From a virus (taxonomy: Duplodnaviria; Caudoviricetes), in IMG/VR virus record IMGVR_UViG_3300046674_000204, positions 764-64,763 of that record: a stretch of DNA of 64,000 nt; one strand, 5' to 3'. Shown here piece by piece: positions 55,030 to 64,000 of the stretch. Positions within the stretch are counted from its first letter, which is position 1. Every line of letters starts with the position of its first letter. A program made the position numbers and the translations under genes. The notes beneath the pieces are model-generated. The model did no database searches. It had not been told where the DNA came from and worked only from the letters and a program-made list of their open reading frames with translations.

Positions 55030-55350
55030 TCACCCCTGATTGCTGCGTGAGCGGCGCGTTGGCGCAGATGGTACCGTGCGCTCGAAAGCGCGGTCCAATC
55101 GCTCACTCATCCCATCTATTCGGTTTCCCACGCCTTCGATGGCGCGTAGAAGTTGACCAGTCTGCTCCTGCATCCCCTGTTTCGTCGCAAATGTCTCGGC
55201 AACGTGAATTTTGTATTCGTCAAGTTGCTTTTCTACGTCCCTCACCTTTCCATGGAAAAACCGCGAGATGGCGAAACAGGCCCCAATGATGGAGGATAGC
55301 CACACGAGAGCAGACCCCACCATTCCGGCCGTCAAGGGAACGTTTTCCAT
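55030..55350 (-). CDS. Membrane protein with coiled coil in the lysis cassette (holin/antiholin-like)
   Basis: N-terminal TM, then LDEYKIHVAETFATK coiled coil. Confidence 0.6.
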   Translation of the reverse strand: MENVPLTAGMVGSALVWLSSIIGACFAISRFFHGKVRDVEKQLDEYKIHVAETFATKQGMQEQTGQLLRAIEGVGNRIDGMSERLDRAFERTVPSAPTRRSRSNQG

Positions 55351-55451
55351 GCATTATGCCTTTCAATGCGGGATGGACATGAGCCCGGCGGCAAGTGCGC
55401 AAGCGAGAGTGCCGGCCAAGAGCAGGAAGAGAATGAAGTTGATGCGGGGGC

Positions 55452-55754
55452 TCATTGAGACTTGCTCTGATAGCTGGTCTTCATATCGACGCCCCATGCT
55501 GCGCAATCGGCCGAAAGGCGGTCGCGATTTTCGGCAAGAAACTCCCATCGCTTCATTGTTACGACCCAAGGCTCGCCACCAGCCTTGACGCGGCCCATCT
55601 TGGCGATGCAAGCCGCCGGCAGATCTGGGAACGGCACAGAGGCCTTTGCAACGCCCTGAGTGATGGCGGCCTGACTGAGCCGAGCGCTGGTCGTCTGGCA
55701 TCCCGATAGCGCGGCTGCGCCAAGGGCAACGGAAATCAATGCTCTGAAAGCCAT
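55452..55754 (-). CDS. o-spanin (Rz1-like lipoprotein)
   Basis: Signal peptide with LSGC lipobox; overlaps the end of the i-spanin. Confidence 0.75.
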   Translation of the reverse strand: MAFRALISVALGAAALSGCQTTSARLSQAAITQGVAKASVPFPDLPAACIAKMGRVKAGGEPWVVTMKRWEFLAENRDRLSADCAAWGVDMKTSYQSKSQ

Positions 55755-56218
55755 TGAATATCCTCCGGAGTTGGGCTCGAAAGCTTCTTGTTCTGGCTGG
55801 CCTCGATCCGGAGGCGCGCAAGTTCGCCGTCTGCCGTCTCCTTAGCCTGCTGAGAGGCCGCAGCGCGCTTCGAAGCTTCGGTGTTGGCTTGTTCCGCCGC
55901 AGTGCGCAGGCGCGTCTCTTGGGCCATCTGAGCGTCGAGAGCATCGTATTCGAAGGTGGAGACGGTTTTCTCAAGCTTGGCGTCATAGATGGCTGCCTGC
56001 TTGGCCGTGGCTAGCTTCACTTGTTCAGTGGCGTAGCTCTCGACATGGCCGACCGCGAACTGCCCGATGATTGGGACATTGGCGAGCCATAGATATCGGT
56101 TCAGCAGCGGCAGCCCGTTGTAATAGACGAGAACGATGGCCAGCGCGCAGCCGGCGAGACCGAACGTCTTCAGAGCCCATGATGCGATGGACGAGAGGAT
56201 GGTGATGATCGCGCTCAT
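55736..56218 (-). CDS. i-spanin (Rz-like)
   Basis: N-terminal TM and long Ala/Gln/Glu coiled coil; follows the endolysin. Confidence 0.7.
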   Translation of the reverse strand: MSAIITILSSIASWALKTFGLAGCALAIVLVYYNGLPLLNRYLWLANVPIIGQFAVGHVESYATEQVKLATAKQAAIYDAKLEKTVSTFEYDALDAQMAQETRLRTAAEQANTEASKRAAASQQAKETADGELARLRIEASQNKKLSSPTPEDIQWLSEH

Positions 56219-56811
56219 AGGCCAGACACGCACAATTCGGCTTCGCCGGTTCGTTGGGCGTCTCCATTTTCGCGGCGCTTCACGAGGCCACTGACGACTT
56301 GGCCGCCGGCTTGGTTGAACCGGGTTTGCATTTCGCAGGCCAGCCGATAGTTGCCTTTCCCTGCTTCACGCATCCCGCTCGATCGGATCAGGGCACCGAC
56401 GCCGAAATTATAGCCACCGGATAGCTGCGACGCCTGCAAGCTCACCGGGAAGCTCGTATATTTCGGAACCTGCTTCGTGATCGGAAGATAATAATCGGCA
56501 TAGACCTCCTCCTCGAGGAAGGCATCGCATTGAGCCTTGGTAAAGATCATTTTGGCTGTGACCGGCTTGCCGTTGATCCGGGTCTTGCCGTAGCAGATGT
56601 CGTAGATCTTCGCGAAGGGATCCCAATGCGCCTTGAGGACAAGACCCTCCCAGGGTTTGATCAGCGTGTTGGTGGCGAGAACGACAGCCGGCGGGTGAAC
56701 GGTCGGCGAATTATCCTTGAGGCTATGCCAGCCGCCGACAGCCGCCGCGATGAGAGCAGCCGCAATCGCAGCCTTCCCACGCTTGGAAGGAACAATCTTA
56801 TTTATCGGCAT
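56215..56811 (-). CDS. GH24 lysozyme endolysin, probable SAR type
   Basis: Ala-rich N-terminal anchor; WEG........D...ICYGKT, YNFG, GLVKRR. Confidence 0.88.
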   Translation of the reverse strand: MPINKIVPSKRGKAAIAAALIAAAVGGWHSLKDNSPTVHPPAVVLATNTLIKPWEGLVLKAHWDPFAKIYDICYGKTRINGKPVTAKMIFTKAQCDAFLEEEVYADYYLPITKQVPKYTSFPVSLQASQLSGGYNFGVGALIRSSGMREAGKGNYRLACEMQTRFNQAGGQVVSGLVKRRENGDAQRTGEAELCVSGL

Positions 56812-57007
56812 GGAGGTTTCCTTGGTAGATGATGGCGCCGATTGGGGAGGCCAGCAGGGCGACGAGGGACGCCCAGCGCGGAATATATCCGTCGAGATAC
56901 GGGAGGGCGTACGGAACGATCTGGAGCAGCCCGGAGAGGTAAACGCACCACATGGATAACGACCACGCGAGAACGCGTCCGGGCTTGCGCACGAGTTTCG
57001 GTTTCAT
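56798..57007 (-). CDS. Holin
   Basis: 69 aa, two TM segments, immediately upstream of the endolysin. Confidence 0.7.
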   Translation of the reverse strand: MKPKLVRKPGRVLAWSLSMWCVYLSGLLQIVPYALPYLDGYIPRWASLVALLASPIGAIIYQGNLHADK

Positions 57008-57084
57008 GGGATGTCCTTGGAAAGAAAGGCCCGTATAAACGAGCCTTAGTGATGTCATTCCAATGTTAATCTTCGTCTAGATTG

Positions 57085-59436
57085 TTACCAAGTCGCGGTT
57101 GATAGCGGCACATAATAGACAGTTCCGGTGCTATCCTTGATTTGCAGGCTGCGGCTTGCAGAAAAGTTCGCAGGGGTAGTTGCGGCCGCAGAAGCGTATC
57201 CGGCTCTCAAAACGCCAGTGCCTTTGGCAAATAGAAGCAGGTCGATGTTTGTGGCTGACCCGACTGCCCGAATTGCTGAGGTCGTCGGATCAAGTTGAAC
57301 CTGGGAAACGGAATTATCAACTCGCTGATTATTGAGATTGACATTGGTCCCGAGATCATAAGCCAATGTTGCAAAAGTACCGGATGCACTGTTGTTCACA
57401 ACGGCACTACCGGTAAGTGCCAAAGTCCGAATCCCGTAAGAGGCTGATCCAGACATCGGCATGACGAGGTTCCCGGAAATAACGGCTCCGGTAGTTGTGA
57501 CGGAACCAGTTGTTACAATTCCATAGGAATTGCTGGTGACGGTGCCATAACCTTCAAACCTGTTGGAAATGAGCGTCAGGCCGGTGCTATCGACCGTGCC
57601 ACTGTCGAAAAGATGGATGCCATCGGCGCCGATACTGACAAATCGATTATTGGATGCGTCGAGGTTTAGGCAAGAGACTGAGCCAAACAAACCGTGCTGT
57701 CCGGCATTGGCGACCTGATTGTCGACGTAGCTCAAGCCCTCGACGCCAGTTTCCGCGAACTGAAGACCGTGGGCCGCCACATATCGGATATCATTGCTTT
57801 GAACCCTAGTTCGGCGTGAACGAACATTGATGCCAGAACCACCGGAACGACAAATATCATTTGTGGAGATCAGAATATCATCGCCGGCGTTATGCGTATC
57901 TATGCCAGCCTGAGTCGTATCTCGTGTTTGATTTCCATTGACGAGGACATCATGAGAATAGCCCGTAACACCACCGATCGTGGTAAACCCATGCCGGCAA
58001 CGCGACATGGTGTTGTTCTGAACACGCAAGCCGAGAGTTGGGCCGCCTGAGCATATCGCATATCCCGCATGGCCGTTGGCGATATCGTCCACGAGATCAT
58101 CGACAAAGCACCCAATGACCTGGCTGCTTATCGCGCCACGCATAAGAACGGCGGTATTGCCGTAATTTTGAACCCGAACCGATACCGTTGAATTCAAGGC
58201 ATAGGCGAATTGCATAGCAGTGGATGTGCTTGTCTTATCCCCATAAAACTGAACGTCATGAATGCTTGGAGCCACGACAGGAGAAATACGCTGGATCACG
58301 GCAGAATTGGCAACGGTATAGGCGTTCCCAGGCGCCATTGACCCGTAGATCTGCCCAACCAGTGTCAATACAGTGGAGCTGGTGACCGCCGAAATCTGAA
58401 CGGTTTCCCCTGATTTGTAATTGGCATCAGTAGCAGCATAGGAATAATTGTCGGACAGAAGGACATAATCACCAACCGAAAACCCGGTTGTGCTGGCCAT
58501 AGTCAGTGTCATCGCAGCAGCTGCGGCATCGACGGTCAGACTTACAGGGCTTCCCAATGATCCCTGTGCGCTAAGAAAATAGGTCGCTGTTCCGATATTA
58601 AGAAGGGTCGACCCACCACCGGACGGGACAAGATTTACATTGCCCAGTAGGGTAATTGCTGTGGCCTGAGTGGTGCCTGGGGGGAGGATGACATCCCCAC
58701 CACCAGCGGCATTGGCAGCCACGATCGCGGCATTGATGACAGCAGAGTTGTCGCCGACAATGATGGTTCCGTAGTTCTTTACTGGATACGAACCGATGCC
58801 AAGATTGAGCAATGCCGCTTGTGGGCTCGCTATATCGCCGAGATTCGCCGCTTTCTGTGCAGCAGTATCAGCTTTCACCCCCTGTGCCGCCGTCGCAATA
58901 GTCGTTCCTATATCACTAGGCTGCAATGAATTGTCAGCCAATGCCAAAGACGCTACAGACGCCGAGCTAAGCCCAACCGTCACGTCCGAAGCGAGAGAGC
59001 CGCCGCCGGTCAGGCCGGTTCCGGCCGTCAACTGACGGGAAGTAGGAACCAAGGCGCTTACCGAAGTGCCGCTGTCCTTGATCACGCCACCGGTAACATC
59101 AGCGAATGTCGCGATGTTGTTAGCTACGGCTACATTTGGACCGGAGACATTGCCATTCCGGATCGGGCCGATCGTATTGCCAGCAATCTGCGCAAACAGT
59201 CCGGTGTTTGTGGTCCACAGATCACCGTCGATGGGAGAATTCGGAGGAGTGCCAGAAGCAAGATTGATCCCTGCATTTGCCGTTGATGAGGCAAGAATAT
59301 TCAGCTTGCCAAACATCGTGTCGCCAGCCCGGTTAACTGGGACATAGCCGAGCGCATCTTGCTTGGTCGAGAAATAGCTATTCCATTGGCCAGCAGTGGG
59401 CACTTGCGAATAAGTCAGGTTAGGAGGACCGGCCAT
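57085..59436 (-). CDS. Tailspike / right-handed beta-helix depolymerase
   Basis: Start MAGPPNL with AAGGA RBS; VKNYG...DNSAVINAAI...GGGDVILPPG then parallel beta-helix repeats. Confidence 0.85.
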   Translation of the reverse strand: MAGPPNLTYSQVPTAGQWNSYFSTKQDALGYVPVNRAGDTMFGKLNILASSTANAGINLASGTPPNSPIDGDLWTTNTGLFAQIAGNTIGPIRNGNVSGPNVAVANNIATFADVTGGVIKDSGTSVSALVPTSRQLTAGTGLTGGGSLASDVTVGLSSASVASLALADNSLQPSDIGTTIATAAQGVKADTAAQKAANLGDIASPQAALLNLGIGSYPVKNYGTIIVGDNSAVINAAIVAANAAGGGDVILPPGTTQATAITLLGNVNLVPSGGGSTLLNIGTATYFLSAQGSLGSPVSLTVDAAAAAMTLTMASTTGFSVGDYVLLSDNYSYAATDANYKSGETVQISAVTSSTVLTLVGQIYGSMAPGNAYTVANSAVIQRISPVVAPSIHDVQFYGDKTSTSTAMQFAYALNSTVSVRVQNYGNTAVLMRGAISSQVIGCFVDDLVDDIANGHAGYAICSGGPTLGLRVQNNTMSRCRHGFTTIGGVTGYSHDVLVNGNQTRDTTQAGIDTHNAGDDILISTNDICRSGGSGINVRSRRTRVQSNDIRYVAAHGLQFAETGVEGLSYVDNQVANAGQHGLFGSVSCLNLDASNNRFVSIGADGIHLFDSGTVDSTGLTLISNRFEGYGTVTSNSYGIVTTGSVTTTGAVISGNLVMPMSGSASYGIRTLALTGSAVVNNSASGTFATLAYDLGTNVNLNNQRVDNSVSQVQLDPTTSAIRAVGSATNIDLLLFAKGTGVLRAGYASAAATTPANFSASRSLQIKDSTGTVYYVPLSTATW

Positions 59437-59452
59437 CGGGTTTCCTTGAATC

Positions 59453-59476
59453 AAAAAGGCCCGTGGTGAACGAGCC
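59453..59476 (-). terminator. Intrinsic terminator ahead of the tailspike gene
   Basis: GGCUCGU-UCACC-ACGGGCC-UUUUU. Confidence 0.65.
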
Positions 59477-59507
59477 AGAGAACATGGTGAATGATCGGAT
59501 GGAAATA

Positions 59508-60041
59508 CTAGTTGTTCGAAGACCACGCGAAGACGTCGATCTCCTCCGTCTTGGTGATCGTGCCAGAGATGATCTGCTGATCGATCGCACATTCAGCGGC
59601 AAAGCTCGCCTGGACGTGGGCCGCGACTGCATTGGCCAAGGTCTTAACCTGAGCGGCAGTCAACTCGATAAATCCGCTGGCTGTCTTGAATTGCACCATC
59701 ACACCGGAGTTGGCGTCTACGTAGTTATAGGCTCCTGTGATGAGCGCTTGGCTGACCCGATCGGTCATGACAGACATGCCGTTGATGACAATGCCACCCG
59801 TTTCGATGGCGTAGCGTTTCGCCGCCGCATAGGCGCTTAGATCATCAGTAGTGATCGCGGGAACAACAGGGGCTGAGAATTTCTTCCCGTCATAGGTATA
59901 TCCCTGCTTTACGGACGTCCCACAAGCTTGAAACATCGCGGCAATGTTAGCCTGAAAGCAATCGGTGATTTTGGTATCGTCAGGGAATGACGCTATCTCA
60001 ACAACAATGCCATCAACAATACGTGCGAAAGTTTGAGTCAT
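59508..60041 (-). CDS. Tail fibre-associated protein (DUF4376-like)
   Basis: FARIVDGIVVE...GYTYDG; AAAKRYAIETGGI...TDRVSQ...HVQASFAAE. Confidence 0.75.
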   Translation of the reverse strand: MTQTFARIVDGIVVEIASFPDDTKITDCFQANIAAMFQACGTSVKQGYTYDGKKFSAPVVPAITTDDLSAYAAAKRYAIETGGIVINGMSVMTDRVSQALITGAYNYVDANSGVMVQFKTASGFIELTAAQVKTLANAVAAHVQASFAAECAIDQQIISGTITKTEEIDVFAWSSNN

Positions 60042-60050
60042 GGAGGTTCC

Positions 60051-61115
60051 TCAATATTGCAGAATAACGATGCCGGCGGCACCATTGCCGCCGCTTCTGT
60101 TGGAAGCCCAACCATTGTAATAACAGGATGCACCGCCGCTGCCCGCTGCTCCACCATTCTGTATAGTACTCACAATAATTGAAGAGCGACCGCCGCCACC
60201 CATAGAGCTACTTCCACCATTGCCGCCATAAAGATTTGATCCAACCGTTCCGCTGCCATCGGTGCCGTTGCCGCCTATTTGATTAATCTGGCCACCAGAA
60301 CCAATACCACCAGCGCCGCCGTTACTTCCGGTAGTGTTCTGATTTGCACCACCTCCGGCACCACCGGTTGCGGACATAAATGCACCGATACTTGAAGTGC
60401 CTCCATTGGAGCCGGGGATGCCATAGGCACCAGATGCCCCGGATACGGCCGCCGCCCCACCGGGACCGCCGGCACCTACCGTTATAGTAATCGCCTGCCC
60501 TGGGATTACGCTTAGCCAACCAGAGGAAGTTCCACCCGCTCCCCCCCCTCCTGCAGGATAAGGGCCGCCTGTAGTATTCGTGCCAGAACCACCAGCGCCA
60601 CCTCCCCCACCTACGCACGTTCCATACAATTGGTACTTGTTGGCTGGAACAGTGAATGTATATGTTCCAGCCGCCGAATATGCGGTAGCTATGGTTGCGG
60701 CTGGGCCGATCAGAACCCAATTCGCTGGGCTAACCCCGTCAGGATTAGTCGTGTTATTGTCTGCGGTGCTCATCCAAATGACGCCAACTGCCGTCGAGCT
60801 GGCTACGATCGCACCTTTCGGATATCCACCAACAGCGGTTGAAAAAGTGGCATCATAAGTGACGAGAGCACCGGCATTCTGCCATCGGCTCCACTGCGTA
60901 ATCTGGTTCAGGAGACCATTGAAATCCTGCCCCCACGGTGGTGTCCCCCCCGCCCCTACAGGCAAGAAGGTGACAGGAGGGAAACCATCTGTCAGAGAGG
61001 CGGCACCATTCGTGATGCCGATCTGGGAAGCCTCGGGAACGGTTCTGATATAACCAGTCCCCGCAGAGTCCGCGAACGGAATCGGGAATTTGCTCGGGAT
61101 ATCCGAAGATTGCAT
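60051..61115 (-). CDS. Gly-rich tail fibre protein
   Basis: GAASLTDGFPP...GGTPP.GQDFNGLL...GGYPKGA base domain; GGGGGAGG-rich C-terminus. Confidence 0.85.
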   Translation of the reverse strand: MQSSDIPSKFPIPFADSAGTGYIRTVPEASQIGITNGAASLTDGFPPVTFLPVGAGGTPPWGQDFNGLLNQITQWSRWQNAGALVTYDATFSTAVGGYPKGAIVASSTAVGVIWMSTADNNTTNPDGVSPANWVLIGPAATIATAYSAAGTYTFTVPANKYQLYGTCVGGGGGAGGSGTNTTGGPYPAGGGGAGGTSSGWLSVIPGQAITITVGAGGPGGAAAVSGASGAYGIPGSNGGTSSIGAFMSATGGAGGGANQNTTGSNGGAGGIGSGGQINQIGGNGTDGSGTVGSNLYGGNGGSSSMGGGGRSSIIVSTIQNGGAAGSGGASCYYNGWASNRSGGNGAAGIVILQY

Positions 61116-61126
61116 CTGATTTTTTC

Positions 61127-61876
61127 CTAAAGGAGGACGACCGAAGCGGCTACGCCGGTCGATTTTGGCAAGACACCAGATTGCTGGACAATCGCCAGTT
61201 CAACCGGCGAAAGTGGGAAGGTGAAGACGTATTCCATGACCATCGATTGGACAGTCTGCCCGTTATAGAAAGTGCCTTGGTTAAACCCCAAAGCGTTCTG
61301 GGATTCCTGAAATCCGAACCAGCTACCACCTTGAAACCCATCCGTGACGTAGCAATTCCCCCTGTTGGGAAAGAGCGTCATCAAGATGCGATTGATGGCC
61401 GGGATAGATCCGTCTGTGATATTGGCTGCTGCCTTGGCAAGGATGAGTTGGCGATAGGATTGATCCGACAAGGCATAGTTGCTGGTGAGCGCAGAACCGC
61501 TGTAGAAAGCTCCCTGCCCGAACGTGAAGGCTCCGGGGAGAGATTCTTCGAAGCCGAACCAGTTGCCTATCTCGACTTGGAGGACGCGGTTGACGCCCAC
61601 AATCCTGCCCCAAATGTTCAAACCTTCGCCTACGGCGGTATCGATATTCCAGATCGCATCGAAAAAAGCGTCAAAGTTTTTGGTTTGATCGAGATATTCG
61701 AAGATATTCTCAATTAATCGGATCAGGATCGGCGAATTTGCATATTGACTCAGCACTGTCGACCAAATTGAAAATGACGGGATAGTCCCGATTTGGCTTA
61801 CACCAATCTCAAAAATCCCGATGCCATTCGACCCAGGGGCGGGACCCCCAGGGTACGGCGGACCCGTGTCTGTCAT
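61127..61876 (-). CDS. Baseplate wedge protein (DUF2612-like)
   Basis: SQYANSP...WNIDTA.G.GL.IWGRIVG..R, YRQLILAKAAANI. Confidence 0.85.
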   Translation of the reverse strand: MTDTGPPYPGGPAPGSNGIGIFEIGVSQIGTIPSFSIWSTVLSQYANSPILIRLIENIFEYLDQTKNFDAFFDAIWNIDTAVGEGLNIWGRIVGVNRVLQVEIGNWFGFEESLPGAFTFGQGAFYSGSALTSNYALSDQSYRQLILAKAAANITDGSIPAINRILMTLFPNRGNCYVTDGFQGGSWFGFQESQNALGFNQGTFYNGQTVQSMVMEYVFTFPLSPVELAIVQQSGVLPKSTGVAASVVLL

Positions 61877-62437
61877 TTAAGCCCTCGGAACTGGCTGGAA
61901 TGGATGGAATTCTATTTTGGCCTTCAAATAGGCCGCGCTGGCTTCGGCGGGATCATCGAACAATCCAAGATGGACATAACGTCCTTGGAAGTTTATTCGT
62001 GCTCCCCATTTTGAGGCTGCCTTTGACCAACTGACGCCAATGAAGCCGCTCTTGTTGTTTCTCTTCATTCGAGCGTTTTGCATATTTTCGGCATGCGTGG
62101 CGGGTCTAAGATTTGAAATCACATCGCCTTTGTCGACGCCATCTCGATGATCAATTTCATCGCTTGGCCAGTCTCCAGTTTTTATCAACCACGCGATCCG
62201 ATGTCGGAAATGTAAAATATCATCGATACGAAGAACCCAATAACCATCTCCACGGTCGCACCCCGCAACCTTTCCGGCACATTTGCTGTTCCAATTCCGG
62301 CAACGCCATTCCTTTGGGCGTTTCCCATCCTTGAACATATCAGGCGTCCTAGCCTTCCACGTCAGCACTCCGGTTTCCGGATTGTAATCGAGCAGTTGCC
62401 GCGCATATTCTGCGCTGATATCGTGGCGCTTAGCCAT
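61877..62437 (-). CDS. HNH-AP2 homing endonuclease
   Basis: LDYNPETG, HRIAW...IDHRDG....D.ISNLR..T..EN, NKSGFIGV...LGLFD..EA..AY. Confidence 0.88.
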   Translation of the reverse strand: MAKRHDISAEYARQLLDYNPETGVLTWKARTPDMFKDGKRPKEWRCRNWNSKCAGKVAGCDRGDGYWVLRIDDILHFRHRIAWLIKTGDWPSDEIDHRDGVDKGDVISNLRPATHAENMQNARMKRNNKSGFIGVSWSKAASKWGARINFQGRYVHLGLFDDPAEASAAYLKAKIEFHPFQPVPRA

Positions 62438-62465
62438 AGGTCCGGTTCCTTCGGATTTGTGGTTA

Positions 62466-62499
62466 GAAGCCGTCAAATCCTGCAAGAAATGACGGCTTC
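62466..62499 (-). promoter_or_regulatory. Leader hairpin upstream of the HNH gene
   Basis: Perfect 10-bp GAAGCCGUCA/UGACGGCUUC stem followed by UAACC; TTGTCT-16-TAGATT promoter candidate just upstream. Confidence 0.5.
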
Positions 62500-62546
62500 G
62501 CTAATCTAGCACAAAAGTAGAACAAGACAAAGATTCTGCAGCGTTT

Positions 62547-63986
62547 TCAGCTCAGCGTTACGATGATGTCTTCAGCGGATACAGTCGGGACCTGATCGAT
62601 CCGAACATCGATATCGAATAGATTAGCTACTGCGGACCGCATGGCTTCTGGGGCTATCGTCTGGCTATTGCTAACCGCATAGGTTCCCGTCCCACCGGTT
62701 CCGGTGCCAAGCGCAGTTATTGTAGTCCCAACAACAAGATTTCCGGTAATATCGGAGATCGTCTGACCCACAGCCAGTGCTCCCGAGGCGACAGCCGAGA
62801 CGGTCATCGTTGTGCCTGAGATCGACGCGGTGAATGATGCAGATGCATTGTTTGTCGAGCCGATTTCAATCGAAACAAGCTGGACCCAAGACCCGAGCGC
62901 CGCGATCGGCGCATAGAAACGGCTGGCATACAGCGTTGTACCTATTTTTGCTCTGGCCCCCCCATCCCCGCCGGCAAAAGCATTGATGATGGCATTCTGG
63001 ATCTGTACCGCCGCATCTGCCGGAACCAAGGAACTGTTCGTGATGTTCACAGCAAAGAGGATTGGAAGCGGATTTGGAATTTCAAACTGGACGGTATAGG
63101 TCGGATACGGCGGCACATATCCTGTGCTAGTATCTTGGACCTGCACAGACGTGTTGCCGTTGTATGCACATCCCGGCGCTTTCTTTGACCAGATGGCCTG
63201 AGCTACGGCAGATGCATCGCCCCCAACGACGGCGACATAGATGGAATTTGGGACGAGCGAGACGCCGCCAATAGTCACCAGACTATTGCTATTGTTTTCA
63301 GTCACATAAGCGTCGATGACGTTTGAAACCGTCAATACAGCGCCTTTAACAGACGGCAGCGAGCCGATCGAATTGACGGCAACAGAAGCTGACCTTCTCG
63401 CCTCGAAGGCTTGGCGACTTTCAACGTCGTTGCCGATAACTCCATCCGCGACATTGTCGATGGAATCCCAGCCGGGGATGGACTGATAGATTTGGTTAAG
63501 TGTCCCAGCCGCGCACGCGATAGGGCCTGGCACCAAGCATTCAAACGTGAGTGTAATATTTCCAGAGGCTGGAATAGTGCCTGCCTCGGTGCAAATATAC
63601 TGATTGCCATCGGATGCTATGGCTAGAGCGCCCTCTGAGATGACAACTCCCTCTAGTCCGGTGCAAAGCGCCTGAACAACAGTCGGCTGTGACGGGTTGC
63701 GCTCAATGAAGTAGATCCGCGCAATGGCGTCTTGCATGCGCCCCGAGGCATAGGCTGGGTCAACCTGATGGGTGTATTTCAAGAATGTCTGATTTACCTC
63801 GTCAATCACGGCTGTTTCGCTTGATGCGAGCTGCCCCTGAGGAGTCGTCAGATCGGTATTCAAATTGCCGCCGAACGCAGCATTAATGTCTTCTAAAACG
63901 CCGGCAAGAACAGTCTCCGCCGAGGGAATAATAAACCCGTTGTCCGTCCACGAAGGGCTCGGCACATTGGTCGTAACAGCCATCAA
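62547..63986 (-). CDS. Baseplate J / gp47-family protein with one GTGTGGxGTY module
   Basis: TPQGQLA, ASGRMQDAIARIYFIER, GWDSI.N...G...ES, IWSKKAPGC. Confidence 0.88.
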   Translation of the reverse strand: MMAVTTNVPSPSWTDNGFIIPSAETVLAGVLEDINAAFGGNLNTDLTTPQGQLASSETAVIDEVNQTFLKYTHQVDPAYASGRMQDAIARIYFIERNPSQPTVVQALCTGLEGVVISEGALAIASDGNQYICTEAGTIPASGNITLTFECLVPGPIACAAGTLNQIYQSIPGWDSIDNVADGVIGNDVESRQAFEARRSASVAVNSIGSLPSVKGAVLTVSNVIDAYVTENNSNSLVTIGGVSLVPNSIYVAVVGGDASAVAQAIWSKKAPGCAYNGNTSVQVQDTSTGYVPPYPTYTVQFEIPNPLPILFAVNITNSSLVPADAAVQIQNAIINAFAGGDGGARAKIGTTLYASRFYAPIAALGSWVQLVSIEIGSTNNASASFTASISGTTMTVSAVASGALAVGQTISDITGNLVVGTTITALGTGTGGTGTYAVSNSQTIAPEAMRSAVANLFDIDVRIDQVPTVSAEDIIVTLS

Positions 63987-64000
63987 TGAAACCTTTAGAA

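Larger units (their letters stand above)
1..64000. mobile_element. Temperate myovirus-type phage genome, nearly complete and circularly permuted
   Basis: Terminase, portal, capsid, sheath/tube, baseplate, lysis, cI/cro, integrase and attP all present; both window ends fall in the same baseplate module; no host housekeeping genes. Confidence 0.95.

Noticed and set aside
59437-59592. N-terminal extensions in the ORF track for the tailspike (similarly sheath 8504, adaptor 14036, protease 19162, integrase 51784)
   Set aside because: They overlap upstream genes or a terminator; downstream starts have RBS-like sequences and family-like N-termini
57085-61115. Diversity-generating retroelement acting on fibres
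   Set aside because: No reverse transcriptase and no template/variable repeat pair seen

Overview
The window is almost the whole genome of one temperate, contractile-tailed (myovirus-type) phage, circularly permuted. It starts inside the baseplate-spike gene and ends at the start of baseplate J, and no host genes are visible. GcrA-like and GapR-like genes and cuckoo-type anti-SD hairpins point to an alphaproteobacterial, probably rhizobial, host. Layout: virion operon on the minus strand (terminase at 23994 down through head and tail to baseplate at 1, continuing from 63986 through fibres and tailspike to lysis at about 55000); a minus-strand replication/methylation operon (26-37.9 kb); a cro/cI switch (37.7-40 kb); and a plus-strand early/recombination operon ending in xis-int and an intact attP whose core looks like a tRNA 3' end. 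Most notable: (1) one ~65-aa GTGTGGxGTY module inserted seven times into four different virion proteins, twice nested inside itself; (2) a 29 x 12-bp coding repeat in a DUF6745-like protein with a dedicated partner gene; (3) a C5 methyltransferase with a second subunit encoded out of frame inside it; (4) a Nudix domain fused to the prohead protease, with recurring AMD motifs across head proteins; (5) several structured-RNA candidates, including a cluster next to a compact tRNA-Gly; (6) ten free-standing endonuclease genes. Family names come from motif recognition and synteny by eye; no database search was run.
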